DNA from: Octopus vulgaris
Taxonomy: Eukaryota
DNA length: 64,000 nucleotides
Direction of reading: 5' to 3'
NCBI GenBank assembly: GCA_951406725.2
Contig: OX597822.1
Coordinates: 116,498,001 to 116,562,000, forward strand
The notes beneath the pieces were generated by a model. It made no database searches. It had not been told where the DNA came from and worked only from the letters and a program-made list of their open reading frames with translations. Below, one piece after another: positions 12,631 through 24,832 of this stretch (positions are counted from its first letter, which is position 1; every line of letters starts with the position of its first letter). A program made the position numbers and the translations under genes.

Positions 12631-13544
12631 TATTTGGGCTGGATTGCTCATGTTCAGTCCACTACAGGACAAAGTCCTCAGCACATTCTCTTCACCAACC
12701 ACAATTTGATGCGTAGGCTGTGAATTTGAGCATGAGATCATACTGGTTTGATGAGCCTACTCTGCCACAGTGGCTCAATATGGCTGGCAGAAGGGTGCAG
12801 TTTTTATACTCATACCTGAGAGTAGTTAAGTTGATCAGATCAACCCCAGTGCTCAAGTGGTGCTCATTTTATCAATCCTGAAAGGCTGAAAGGCAAAGTT
12901 GACCTTGGCAGAATTTGAACTCAGAACATCAGGATGGATGAAATACCTATTTGTTTATTACCCACAAGGGGCTAAACATAGAGGGGACAAACAAGGACAG
13001 ACAAAGGTATTAAGTTGATTACATCGGCCCCAGTGCATTGCGTAACTGGTACTTAATTTATCGACCCTGAAAGGATGAAAGGCAAAGTCGACCTCAGTGG
13101 AATTTGAACTTAGAACGTAGCGGCAGACGAAATACCGCTAAGCATTTCACCTGGCGTGCTAACGTTTCTGCCACTTTGCTGCTTTACTTAGTACTTAGGT
13201 TATCACTCCATATTTAATGACATGTTTAAGTTACCATAAAGGAGCGTCACACGATCCACTGACTTACACTGGCAAACACAAACAAGGGCATGGATTCGGA
13301 CATAGACACATACACACATTTGGACACAGCACACACACACACACACACATATTAAGGAACACAAGTGAGCTGAGAGAAAAACTGAGCACAAGAGGCACCA
13401 GGTATTGTGTGCAAGAGAGAGAGAGAAGACTGCATTGGAAAAATGTATGTGATGTTTAACTATATATACAATATAGTGCTTCATTTTTTGGTGGGATCAA
13501 CAAAAATGGTACTCCATCCAGTGAGAGATAAATAACATTTACTA

Positions 13545-13810
13545 CATACAGAATTTACATGCAAGCTACCATTAGTTTCATGCCTTTGAAAATACAATGG
13601 TTGGACAAGCTTGTACAACATGCTGTGTATTTTGAGGCTCAAATACAGCGTGGCTGCTCTTATTCATTGTCATTGTTTCTCTCAGAGAGCATTCATGTTG
13701 TATTTTGAGCTCAACTGATTGCCTGAAAATACAGGACATGCTATAGAAACTTGTCTGATCATTGTATTTTCATAAGGATTAATAGTAGCTCTTATTTAAA
13801 TTCTGTGTAT
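13545..13810. mobile_element. Diverged inverted-repeat element (old MITE)
   Basis: ACAGAATTTA...TGAAAATACAATG mirrors CATTGTATTTTCA...TAAATTCTGT. Confidence 0.45.
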
Positions 13811-13848
13811 GTATATATATATGTGTGTATATATATATGTATATATAC

Positions 13849-13895
<47 letters not shown>

Positions 13896-13939
13896 TATAT
13901 ATATATATATATATACGGGTGTGTGTGATTGTGTATAGA

Positions 13940-15200
13940 AGAATATATTAATAAAAGGAATTCCAACCTTGTCTGATTTTCACATTTTATTTACAATCTT
14001 ATAATGATATAAGATAATATAATATAATAAAATAAAATAATAGAATGTTAAATGTTCATTCTGATTGAACTAGTACTTTCATGCATTAAATTATGCAATC
14101 TTCGGATTCATGTAGTAGTGGTAACAGTCATGCTTCACAATTTTTTTACTGTAGCGAGATAGTTAAATCTGTGCCTTAAATACACCTGTGTAGGCTCCAG
14201 ATTGCTAGGTTTTGCAAACTGTATTCTGACCAATCAGTGTGTAGTATAACTCAATTACTTAAGCTGATTGGTTTAGGCATCATGCTTTGTTGGACATGTC
14301 AAGAGTCCTGTATCTTAACCCTGGCCGAGGCAGCAATTGTTGGGCTATTTTTAGAAATGTTGTAAATAGCCTTTGTCAGGGATTTTTATATTTCATTTGT
14401 CATCATCATCATTGTCAGCACCTTAATTATTATTGCTAGTGGTGATGGTGGTGGCAATAGAACTTTTAACCCTAAATAAGATAATTTTCCTGCTATCTTC
14501 GTCTTGATCACCTTTAGTATTGTTGTTGTTGTTAGTGGTCATGGTCGTAGCAGTGGAAGTAATACCTCTAAGTATTATTATTATTGCTTATTTTGCTTGG
14601 GTTCGAATTTATCAATAAAATTCTTTTCTCTGATTTTCCTCTCGATTTCACTTGGGCTGTGTAATTTGTAGAATGGAAATATTATATATATTTTCCGACC
14701 ACATGTTGCTAGGTGGTTACTCAAAGGTATCTGACGGACCTCTGAGTCTCTAATCTGTTGTCGTTGTACACGTGAGCGTTCTGATAGTGCATTTCCCGTC
14801 TGATTTACATATATTTCTTCACAATTTGGGCATTTGATGCAGTAAATTAAATTTCTGCTTTTGCAGTTCATATTCGCGTTTGTGAATATTTTCCCGGTTT
14901 TTGTGTTTATATATTGGCCGGTATGTATGAATTGGTATGTGCCACACCGGCTATCATTGCATTTAGGTACAGTGAATGTTTGGTCTTTGTTGCTAAGGTC
15001 AAATTTTGCCTTTGTTAGTAATGTTTTCAAGTTTTTAGGCTGTCTTTTACTAAGTACCATAGCTCGATCCGTGATTGTCTTTTAATTCATTACTTTGGGC
15101 AATGATTGGTAGGTTTGCTTTGGCAATGTTGAAGATATTCTGGTGACATGGGTTGTGTGTCACTATGAATGGTATGACTTGTTCTTGTTTTCCTCTTCCT
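13940..15200 (-). mobile_element. Penelope-like element 3' fragment: GIY-YIG endonuclease remnant plus pLTR
   Basis: ORF 14581-15060 has the GIY-YIG signature of Penelope elements (NCKSRNLIYCIKCPNCEEIYVNQTG..LSER..H..ERKIREKNFI). Downstream are a hammerhead-like motif (14061-14112) and AATAAA. Confidence 0.85.
14581..15060 (-). pseudogene. GIY-YIG endonuclease domain of a Penelope-like retrotransposon
   Basis: Translated motifs LIYCIKC and YVNQT (degenerate YIGQT), with the conserved R and E. Confidence 0.85.
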
Positions 15201-15731
15201 TATAGGCACAGGCCTAGATGTGTGGTAAGTAGCTTGCTTACTAGCCACATGGTTCCGGATTCAGTCCCACTATGTTGCATCTTGGGCAAGTGTCTTCTAT
15301 TATAGCCTTGGGTCGACCAAAGCCTTGTGAGTAGATTTGGTAGACGGAAACTGAAAGAAGCCCATTGTACATATATATGTATGTATATATGATTATATAT
15401 GGCAATGATAATGGTGATGATGATGATGATGATGATGACGACGATGACGACGATGGTGATTATGTCAGGTTGTTTCTCTGTGAGTGTTACAAGCCATACA
15501 TAACCTGGTCAGCCTGTTATTTGGACTGGTCATCGGAGTTGAAACTGACATCCACAGCATGCAAGCCTGGTGAGGAGGACCTGGGCCCCTAAACTTATGT
15601 GCACCACCACCACCACCACCACCGCTGCTGCTGTCACTGTCATTATTGGCAAATTGTTCATTGTGCTCATGCCTTTAGCCTCTATTCTGGCCATTTCTGG
15701 TCCAAATATTCTGTACGTTTTACGTTGAAGT

Positions 15732-16055
15732 GAAGGTGCACAGCTTAGGGGTTAGGGTATTTGGCTTATGATCATAAGGTCATGAGTTCAATTCTTGGCA
15801 CTGCATTGTGTTCTCGAACAAGGGACTTTATTTCACATTGCACCTGTTCACTCCTCAGCTGGCAAAAATGAGTTGTACGCGTATCAATGGGCCAACCTTG
15901 TCACACACTCTGTGTCATGCTGAATATCCCTGAGAACTACATTAAGGGTGCACATGTCTGTGGTGTGCTCAGCTGCTTGCACATTAATTTCATGAGCTGG
16001 CTGTTCCATTGATTGGATCAACTGGAACCCTTGTCATTGTAACTAACAGAGGGCT
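15732..16055 (+). mobile_element. tRNA-derived SINE with family B head and family D tail
   Basis: The head resembles 3629-3770 and the tail resembles 24645-24830. Confidence 0.7.
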
Positions 16056-17206
16056 AGTTTATGCTAAAACTAGCCAGATCCAAACTCTCACACTTACCCT
16101 CCAATGTCACTAAAAATATACAAATGCACCATTGAAATCTGAAAGCTACAAGATAATGTGTGATAAATTGAAAACAATGGGACCATATAAGCAATGCACA
16201 CCACAAAGAAATCTGAATGCCAAAGGATTAAGGCAATATTGCACAAGACATTGGATTTCCACGGGCTACAGTACAAGACATACCTTCTCGACTTGCCACA
16301 CATGCAGAAGGATTGAACCTGGAATCATGAGGTTGCAAAGCAAACCTCTTAAATCACACGGCTTCACCAATAATATTTTCCTTCCAAGAGGAAGTCTTTA
16401 ACCATTCTCAATAATAATTTGTCGCAAAGGTTATGATGAATAACTTATTACAAAGGTTATGATGTCTCAACAGATCGGCGGTACCTGTCTTTTCCAAATC
16501 CACATTCTGTCTTCCGGTGATAAACATAAATCTCATCAAGACAAAAGTGATGTTACATCGGAACGATAAAGTCCGATTTATACATAATCACATAATCAAA
16601 TTTAGGTAATTGTCTCTTTGTTTTATTTGACCTTTAACGATTTCGGCAGCAGCATGGGGTCACCGCTATTTTGACAGAAAGAATTATAGATATTATTTAT
16701 TTATTTATGTCTTGAAGGGTTGAAGAGAGGTCTGTGCTACGATAGAATTTTCAGCAGCTCTTACAGTGAATGGATAGAAGCAGAGATGCACATCTTGATG
16801 GCACATGCCTTTGGCGGTATGTTGATGTATATGTATGTGTGTGTGTGTGTGTGTGCATGTGTGCTTGCCAGAGTGCATGTGTGTGTTTATAAGTGTGTGT
16901 GTATGTGTGACAAAGTGTATGTGTGAGGATGTTTGTAAGTGTGTATGAGTACGTGTGTGTGTTTGTGTATGTACACTTGTATATCAAAATGAGTATTAAT
17001 GAGTATTTGCATATCAGCGTGTGTGTGTGTGTGTGTAAGCTACCTATGAGGTTATCCTGTGAAACAAGTTCAATTCCTGCTTCAAACATACCAAAAATTT
17101 CTGACTAATTTACATTGAAAGATAAACACTTCATTGGCTGTTTATATCTGTCTGTCTGTGTGTCTGTCTGCCTATGACTCTGTCACACACACACACACAC
17201 ACACAC

Positions 17207-17757
17207 TTGGTGGCTGCCCCCTTGTTAACGAGGATGGCCATTGCACAAAACTTAATCAATGTTATCGTGCAATGCCTGTGCAAGAAGATTTTTTTTAAGT
17301 GAGGAAAGGCTGTGCACTGAGTCAATCCCACTCACTAAGCAACAGCAGCCATAATCCGAAAAGAAGAACAAGTCAACATTATCGGTAACCACTGAGCCGC
17401 AGGTTTTATGTCGGAGTTATCCCAGTTACCTGAGTTACCTTCTCCTAGAAGGATTCCCTAACAAAGGCTAGGAGTCCTTCACTCCCAATGGTTTAATCGC
17501 GCGATCGGTTATTCAGTCCGATTATTTCTATGTCCCCGCGCATGATACAGCCTTAAGACATTTATCGGATGGCTGTTGACTCTCAAGAGTTCCTCTGCCC
17601 TTTGACAGGTTTTGTTTTTCATCCCGCAGGGTGTTCAATAAACACCCACCTCACCAAGCAAGTTTGGTGGGGTTGCCGGTTTAGTTGCCGACGACCCGAC
17701 CATGCAACAGGTAGTACTCGGTTACATGTTACCAGTAGCACTCGAAAGTGACCTGAC
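17207..17757 (-). mobile_element. Non-coding structured interspersed element (copy 2 of 8445-9010)
   Basis: Reverse complement of 8445-9010, embedded in (CA)n. Confidence 0.6.
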
Positions 17758-17798
17758 ACACACACTTACATACATATATACATACATACATACATACA

Positions 17799-17829
<31 letters not shown>

Positions 17830-17837
<8 letters not shown>

Positions 17838-18192
17838 TAATATCAAAGGGTAATCAGAAATATTAAAAATTTCCATTACCAGTGGCCTAGCGTGTAAAAA
17901 TTTAGTCAATAGACTATATATTATTCATATAAATAAAGTGTACATTTAAACACATAAGAGGTATCCATCATTGGATTCCTTGCATGCTAGAGAGAACAGT
18001 TAAATTCCAAACCACTATTAGGGATAAAATCTCAAAGGGAATGAAAATGAGTTAGATGGTAAATGTGTTTATTTTTCATTCCCTTTGAGATTTTATCCCT
18101 AATAGTGGTTTGGAATTTAACTGTTCTCTCTAGCGTGCATAGGGTCCTATGATGGATGCCTCTTATGTGTTTAAATGTACACTGTATTTATA
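17830..18192. repeat. Fold-back element with ~120-bp inverted arms (17928-18048 / 18072-18192)
   Basis: Near-perfect inverted repeat flanked by TA/CA microsatellites. Confidence 0.8.
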
Positions 18193-18483
18193 CACATACA
18201 TACACACACACACACATATATATATATGAAATCAGGAGATGGAGAACAAATTTATTTATAATTACACGTGTTTCATTTGCTAATAATAATTATAAAATAA
18301 TTGAATAATATTGTTTGATTCTCTGTCTGAGGAATTTCTAACAGGAGATATCTTACGTGTTTCTCCTACATGTACAGTTTTGTAACTGCTATTAGCAAAT
18401 GAGACATGTGTAATGTTGAACAAATAACACCAAAAGTATTTTCCAATCTCCTCTTTTGATATGTAATTACTTTGCAAAACTTA

Positions 18484-18501
18484 ATAATAGCAATAATAAT
18501 G

Positions 18502-18574
<73 letters not shown>

Positions 18575-18603
18575 TAATAATAATAATAATAATGATGATG
18601 ATG

Positions 18604-18667
<64 letters not shown>

Positions 18668-18690
18668 TAATAATAATAATGATGATGATG

Positions 18691-18757
<67 letters not shown>

Positions 18758-18780
18758 TAATAATAATAATGATGATGATG

Positions 18781-18838
<58 letters not shown>

Positions 18839-18858
18839 TAATAATAATGATAATAATA
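18484..18858. repeat. (TAA)n/(TGA)n microsatellite
   Basis: Read directly. Confidence 0.95.
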
Positions 18859-19276
18859 CATCTGTCTCAGTACGAAACTGGTACTTAATTTATCAACTAC
18901 GAAAGGATGAAATGCAAAGTCGACCTCAATAGAATTTGAATTCAGAACATAAGGGTGGACGAAATACTGCAATGCATTTTGTCCGGCATTCTAACGATTC
19001 TGCCAGCTTGCACCTAATAATAATAATAACAACAACAACAACAACAATTATAAACATTCAGGCAATATGTTTTGATAAGTTACACACCCTATGTGTGTGT
19101 GTATATAGATAGACAGCCAACAACTGTTGAAGGGTCATTCTCTTTTTCTTTGAATTACTTATCCTGTTTTCCATTTTTCTCTCTCATTGTTTGCGTTTTC
19201 AACTCATTTGTTTTCGTATTTCATGTTGTTTACTGTTGGTGACGTCCTGCTCCCATTTATGCAAATATATATTTAC

Positions 19277-19664
19277 ACTTTTACTTGTTTCAGTCATTTG
19301 ACTGTGGCCATGCTGGAGCACTGCCTTTAGTCGAGCAAATCGACCCCAGGGTTTATTCTTTGTAAGCCTAGTACTTATTCTATCGGTGTCTTTTGCCGAA
19401 CCGCTAAGTTACAGGGACGTAAACACACCAGCATCAAGCGATGTTGGCAGGGGGGGAGGGACAAACACAGACACACAAGCATATACACACACATACATAT
19501 ATACGGCAGACTTCTTTCAGTTTCTGTCTACCAAATCCACTCACAAGGCTTTGGTCGGCCCAAAGCTATAGTAGAAGACACTTGCCCAAGGTGCCACGCA
19601 GTGGGACTGAACCCGGAGCCATGTGGTTTGTAAACAAGCTACTTAGCACACAGCTACTCCTACT

Positions 19665-19666
<2 letters not shown>
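19277..19666 (-). mobile_element. SINE family A, full length
   Basis: Reverse complement of 47599-48009. Confidence 0.85.
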
Positions 19667-19702
<36 letters not shown>

Positions 19703-19971
19703 TGCATCTCACTTTTTACCTCTTAGTTGTTTTTGTCGTTAGACAGTGGCCATGGTGGGGCACTGCCTTGAAGAATTTTAGTCGAATGAATCGATCCCAG
19801 TGCTAATTTTTTTTAGCCTGGTACTTATTCTTTCAAAGTTATGGGGATGTAAACACACCAACACCAGTTGTCAAGTGGAGGTGGGAGGCAAACACAGACA
19901 CACATGCAAAAGCTGATGGATAGGCAGACACACACATGCACACATACAAACATATATATATATATATATAT

Positions 19972-20785
19972 CATCATCATCATCATCATCATTATTGTCC
20001 GCTTTCCATGCTAGCATTGGTTGGACGGTTCAACTGGGGTCTGAGAAGCCAGAAGGCTGCACCAGGTTCCAATCTGATCTGGCAGTGTTTCTACGGCTGG
20101 ATGCCCTTCCTAACGCCAACCACTCCGTGAGTGTAGTGGGTGCTTTTTACGTGCCACCGGCACAGGTGCCAGACGAGGCTGACAATGGCCATGATCGGAT
20201 GGTGCTTTTTATGTGCCACCGGCACAGAGGCCAGTCAGGGCAGTGCTGGCAACGGCCACGTTCAGATGGTGCTTTTTATGTGCCACCGGCATGGAGGCCA
20301 GTCAGGGCAGCACTGGCAACAGCCACATTCGGATGGTTCTCTTATGTGCCACTGGCACTAGTATCACAGCTACAATTTCCATTGATGTTGATCGATTTCG
20401 ATTTTCACTTGCCTCAACAGGTCTTCACAAGTAGGGTTTGTGTCACAAGAAGGAAAGCCATGCATAAGTGGACTAGCTACATCCCATGTAGAGGCCACGG
20501 GTTATGGTCTCACTTGTCCTGCCGGGTCTTCTCACGCACAGCATACTTCCAAAGGTCTCGGTCTCTAGTCATTTCCTCGGTGAGACCTAAAGTTCGAAGG
20601 TCATGCTTCACCACCTCATCCCAGGTTTTCCTGGGTCTACCTCTTCCACAGGTTCCCTCAACTTCTAGGGTGTGGCACTTTTTCACACAACTATCTTCAT
20701 CCATTCTCGCCACATGACCATACCAGTGAAAACGTCTCTCTTGCACACCACAACTGATGCTTCTTAGGTCCAGCTTTTCTCAGGT
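19972..20785 (-). mobile_element. 5'-truncated RTE-clade LINE (ORF C-terminus plus 3' UTR)
   Basis: ORF 20510-20746 reads ERRFHWYGHVARMDED..GRGRPRKTW, typical of RTE C-termini; (TGA)n tail. Confidence 0.85.
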
Positions 20786-21263
20786 AATGTGGTACAATTG
20801 TTTCATGCTACTTCATTTTATTAAACACTGTAAGTATTACATCAGTTTTAAAATGTCGAGCAATCTTCAGCCACTTATAGAAATTTTCCTATCAAACGGA
20901 CAACGCACATTCTTATCTCTATTTCATTTGCCAACATTATAAAGAGGGTAGATATACAGACAGAGAGGTTGATTTCATTCTTAAGAACATGATAGTATTA
21001 AATCTACTCTCTGACTGTAGATTTTTTCACTTTGTTATTTATATCTGGGGATTCTCTTTTTTGGTTGGATGGAGACAAAGAATTTTTCTATTTATAGATA
21101 TAGGAAGGTGTAGAAACAAATGTCAAAACCTATTCCTATTCTGAGGAACCCAGCCCAGATATATTTGAATGCACTATAGCAAAAAGCTAGTATATTGAAG
21201 TGAGAGGGGTAGGGGAAGATAGACTATTATTGTTCCAGGGATTTTAATGTCCCTTACCATTTA

Positions 21264-22211
21264 ACAGCCAGAATCCATATTAATAGATTTAAGTAAATAT
21301 TCTTTAGACAATTTTCTAAATGATTTCAATAAACATTAGTATCTTATATAGGGATAGGAAATATAGAAATCATTTCATATTTATATAAATATATATATAT
21401 ATATATCAATTGCAGCATGGAAGGTGTTTATAAGCCATTTAAGAAACACACAAAAGCCGTTCGATTCACTCCAACATTTAAGTTTAATTTGTCAAATTAA
21501 ACTTAAATGTTGAGGTGAATCGAACGGCTTTTGTGTGTTTCTTAAATGGCTTATAAACACCTTCCATGCTGCAATTGCTTTCGTTTCAGCACACGATCTC
21601 AGATCAAATTACTTGCTATGCGAGTACATCTCCGTAATATATATATATCCATTTCCATTAATTAATAATCATAATTAGCTAGTAAGTGGTGATTTTTTTA
21701 ATGAGTTGAATTAAGAGAAAATGTTAGACATAATATTTACTGTGGAAAAAACATTATTAATTTAGTACATATATCAGGAGTCAATAAGATATATTAAAAA
21801 GTAATGGAAGGGAGGTAATCAAGATGAACCAAGTAATTTCTCTAGAAATATGAAATAATCACAAATAATTCCACACACCTGGAGAAATTACCTGGCTCAT
21901 CCCGATCACCTCCCCCCCATTACTTTACACCTCATTGACTCCCAACCCATGTACCAAATCAATAATGGTTCCCTCAGGGTTAGCAAATACCATGTCTAAC
22001 ATTTCCTTTTAATTCAACTCACCAAAACAATCCCCACCCACCAGCCAACTATGACTATACACTAATGGAAATGGACATATACATATTTATACAAATACGA
22101 AATGACTTCTACACCTTCCATCCCCACACAACATACCAATGCCTATTGAAATCATTTAGAAAATTGTCTAAAGAATATTTACTTAAATTTCCTAATACAG
22201 AATCCGGTTGT
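21264..22211. repeat. Long inverted repeat with A/G-asymmetric arms, interrupted by a nested hairpin element
   Basis: The left arm (21264-21400 plus 21640-21860) pairs with the right arm (21866-22211). Confidence 0.85.
21407..21637. mobile_element. Palindromic element (arms 21407-21577, plus tail) inserted in (TA)n
   Basis: CAATTGCAGCATGGAAGG...CCTTCCATGCTGCAATTG, near-perfect with a minimal loop. Confidence 0.8.
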
Positions 22212-22280
22212 CCATATGGTTCTGGGTTCAGTCCCACAGCATGACACCTTGCACAAGTGTCTTCTATTATAGCCTCAGGT

Positions 22281-22612
22281 CACACATGTTTTGTGGCTAT
22301 ATTTAAGAAATGGTTAGAGTAGAAATATTAGTAGTAGTAGTAAAATCACTTCAATATAAATATAGCCACTCATCAGGTTAAAGATAACTACTACCACTAA
22401 TATTTTTACTATTATCATTTCTTAAATATAGCCACAAAACACGTGTCGTTATTCTACCAAATATATACGTTTTACTTATTGTTTTGCACATTACTTAATT
22501 ATCGTTATATTTTTTATCTTATATTTAATCTTTCTATTATATTTAATTTTCTAGATGGTATAATTTAATTTTTCATTTTGAATTGATAAAGGGTGTTTTT
22601 TTTCTAATTTAC
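22281..22612. mobile_element. Inverted Penelope-like terminal repeat with a hammerhead-like motif
   Basis: The minus strand reads CTGATGA-GTGGCTATATTT...AAATATAGCCAC-AAAAC. The plus-strand half ends AAAAC-ACGTGTC-GTTA. Confidence 0.6.
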
Positions 22613-22707
22613 ATATATATATATATATATATATTATATTTTGGTAAATTTTATTTAGTATTTCTAAATTGAATTTTTTCCTGTAAGTTTTTAATAGTAT
22701 TCCCTCA

Positions 22708-22820
<113 letters not shown>

Positions 22821-23285
22821 TATACATGTATGAATATGAACTGATTGGTTAACTGATGGTTGCCTTTAAATGTAATACTAAAGCATTATTTTGATGACAA
22901 CATTACAAATTCTGTGTTCGTGTGTATATGTATGAATGAATGCTGTATGTGTGTGTGTATGTAGTACATGTGTAAATATGTGTGCATATATGTAGGTGTC
23001 AATCATAAAGATAGATATATGTGTCTTTTGAGACCAGTGTAGCGTGACATTCTAACCACCTCCTGTTTATGCTCTTTGGGAATATACGTATCCGGTGACC
23101 CATGAATAGAATGAAAAAATCTTTTTCTTGTAAACACACTTAATGCCTTTTCAGCTTTTTATCCTTCATATTTTTTTATCTTTATCTTTTTACTATTTTA
23201 TTTTTATATCTTTTGGTGCTCTACAGCTAAATTTTGGTAAACGAACAAATGACTAATTACTTTATGGTTACATTTTGAGATTTTA

Positions 23286-23648
23286 TTCTTTTACTTGTTT
23301 CAGTCATTTTGACTGTGGCCATGCTGGAGCACCACCTTTAGTTGAACAAATCAACCCCAGGACTTATTCTTTATGAGCCTAGTACTTATTCTATCAGTCT
23401 TTTTTGACGAACCGCTAAGTTACAGGAACGTAAACACACCATCATCGGTTGTCAAATGATGGTGGGAGGACAAATACATGCATAGATATATACATGACAG
23501 GCTTCTTTCAGTTTCCTTCTACCAAATCCACTTACAAGGCTTTGGTCAGCCCAAGGCTACAGTAGAAGACACTTGCCCAAGGTGCCATGCATTGAGACTG
23601 GACCCTGAACCATGTGGTTGGGAAGTAAGCTTCTTACCACATGGCCAC
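23286..23648 (-). mobile_element. SINE family A
   Basis: Homologous to other family A copies. Confidence 0.85.
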
Positions 23649-24231
23649 TATTTTTTGCTGCCAAATAATCACATGACTGTATACCCGTTCTTCACTTCAG
23701 CTTTATTATTATTCTTATTTTAATATCCTTTGTCTGAAATCTTGTGACCTCTTCAGTGGCTCTCCATCCCATGTGTCTCCTACTGTCCTGCTTAGTCCAT
23801 TCTGTCTTTAATTACTTTATTTTTGATTTTACTGTATTTATTCTCTGAGTCAATAAACCAACTTGCTTTCCTGTTTCAATACGTTCCCAATATGGGCATT
23901 CTAGTATCTTAACAAATACATCTCAGGTTTGCTGCTATATAATGAGATACCATAGCTAAATGTAACAGAGGCTAAAGTTTCCTGTACATGAAATGTTCTG
24001 AGAAATCTTATTCATTATGTTACAACCGAATTATATATGTATATATGTGCAGCTATGTCTACATATATATGTGCTGGGCCTTTTGGTGTTGTTGATGCAA
24101 CTGGTTACAGATTACGAAACAGTTGTCAACAAATGGAATATATATTTCCTCACTCACTTCTCTAATTTTGTAAATTTTTTTTAATGATTTATATATACAT
24201 ATATGTAAGTATGCATGCATGTTTGTATGTA

Positions 24232-24290
<59 letters not shown>

Positions 24291-24456
24291 TATATACATA
24301 TATATATACATATATATATACACACGCTTGCATACATACATAATATATATGTACATACATACATAGATGCGTACATTCATACACACACATGCAATTATAT
24401 ATATATATGCATATATGTATGCATGCATGTATGTATGTAGGTACGTATGTATGTAT

Positions 24457-24832
24457 GTGGAGGCCCAGTGGTTAGGGCAGCGGACTCGCGATCATAGGAT
24501 CGCGGTTTCGATTCCCAGACCGGGCGTTGTGTGTGTTTATTGAGCGAAAACACCTAAAAGCTCCACGAGGCTCCGGCAGGGGATGGTGGTGATCCCTGCT
24601 GTACTCTTTCACCACAACTTTCTCTCACTCTTACTTCCTGTTTCTGTTGTACCTGTATTTCAAAAGGGCCGGCCTTGTCACTCTCTGTGTCACGCTGAAT
24701 ATCCCCGAGAACTACGTTAAGGGTGCACGTGTCTGTGGAGTGCTCAGCCACTTACACGTTAATTTCACGAGCAGGCTGTTCCGTTGATTCGGATCAACTG
24801 GAACCCTCGTCGTAACAGACGGAGTGCTTCCA
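24457..24832 (+). mobile_element. tRNA-derived SINE family D, in a (TATG)n tract
   Basis: tRNA-like head CCCAGTGGTTAGGGCAGCGGACTCGCG...GTTTCGATTCCC; CpG-rich, so probably young. Confidence 0.85.

Noticed and set aside
24457-24530. tRNA-like sequence
   Set aside because: It continues into a SINE body and recurs, so it is a SINE head rather than a tRNA gene.
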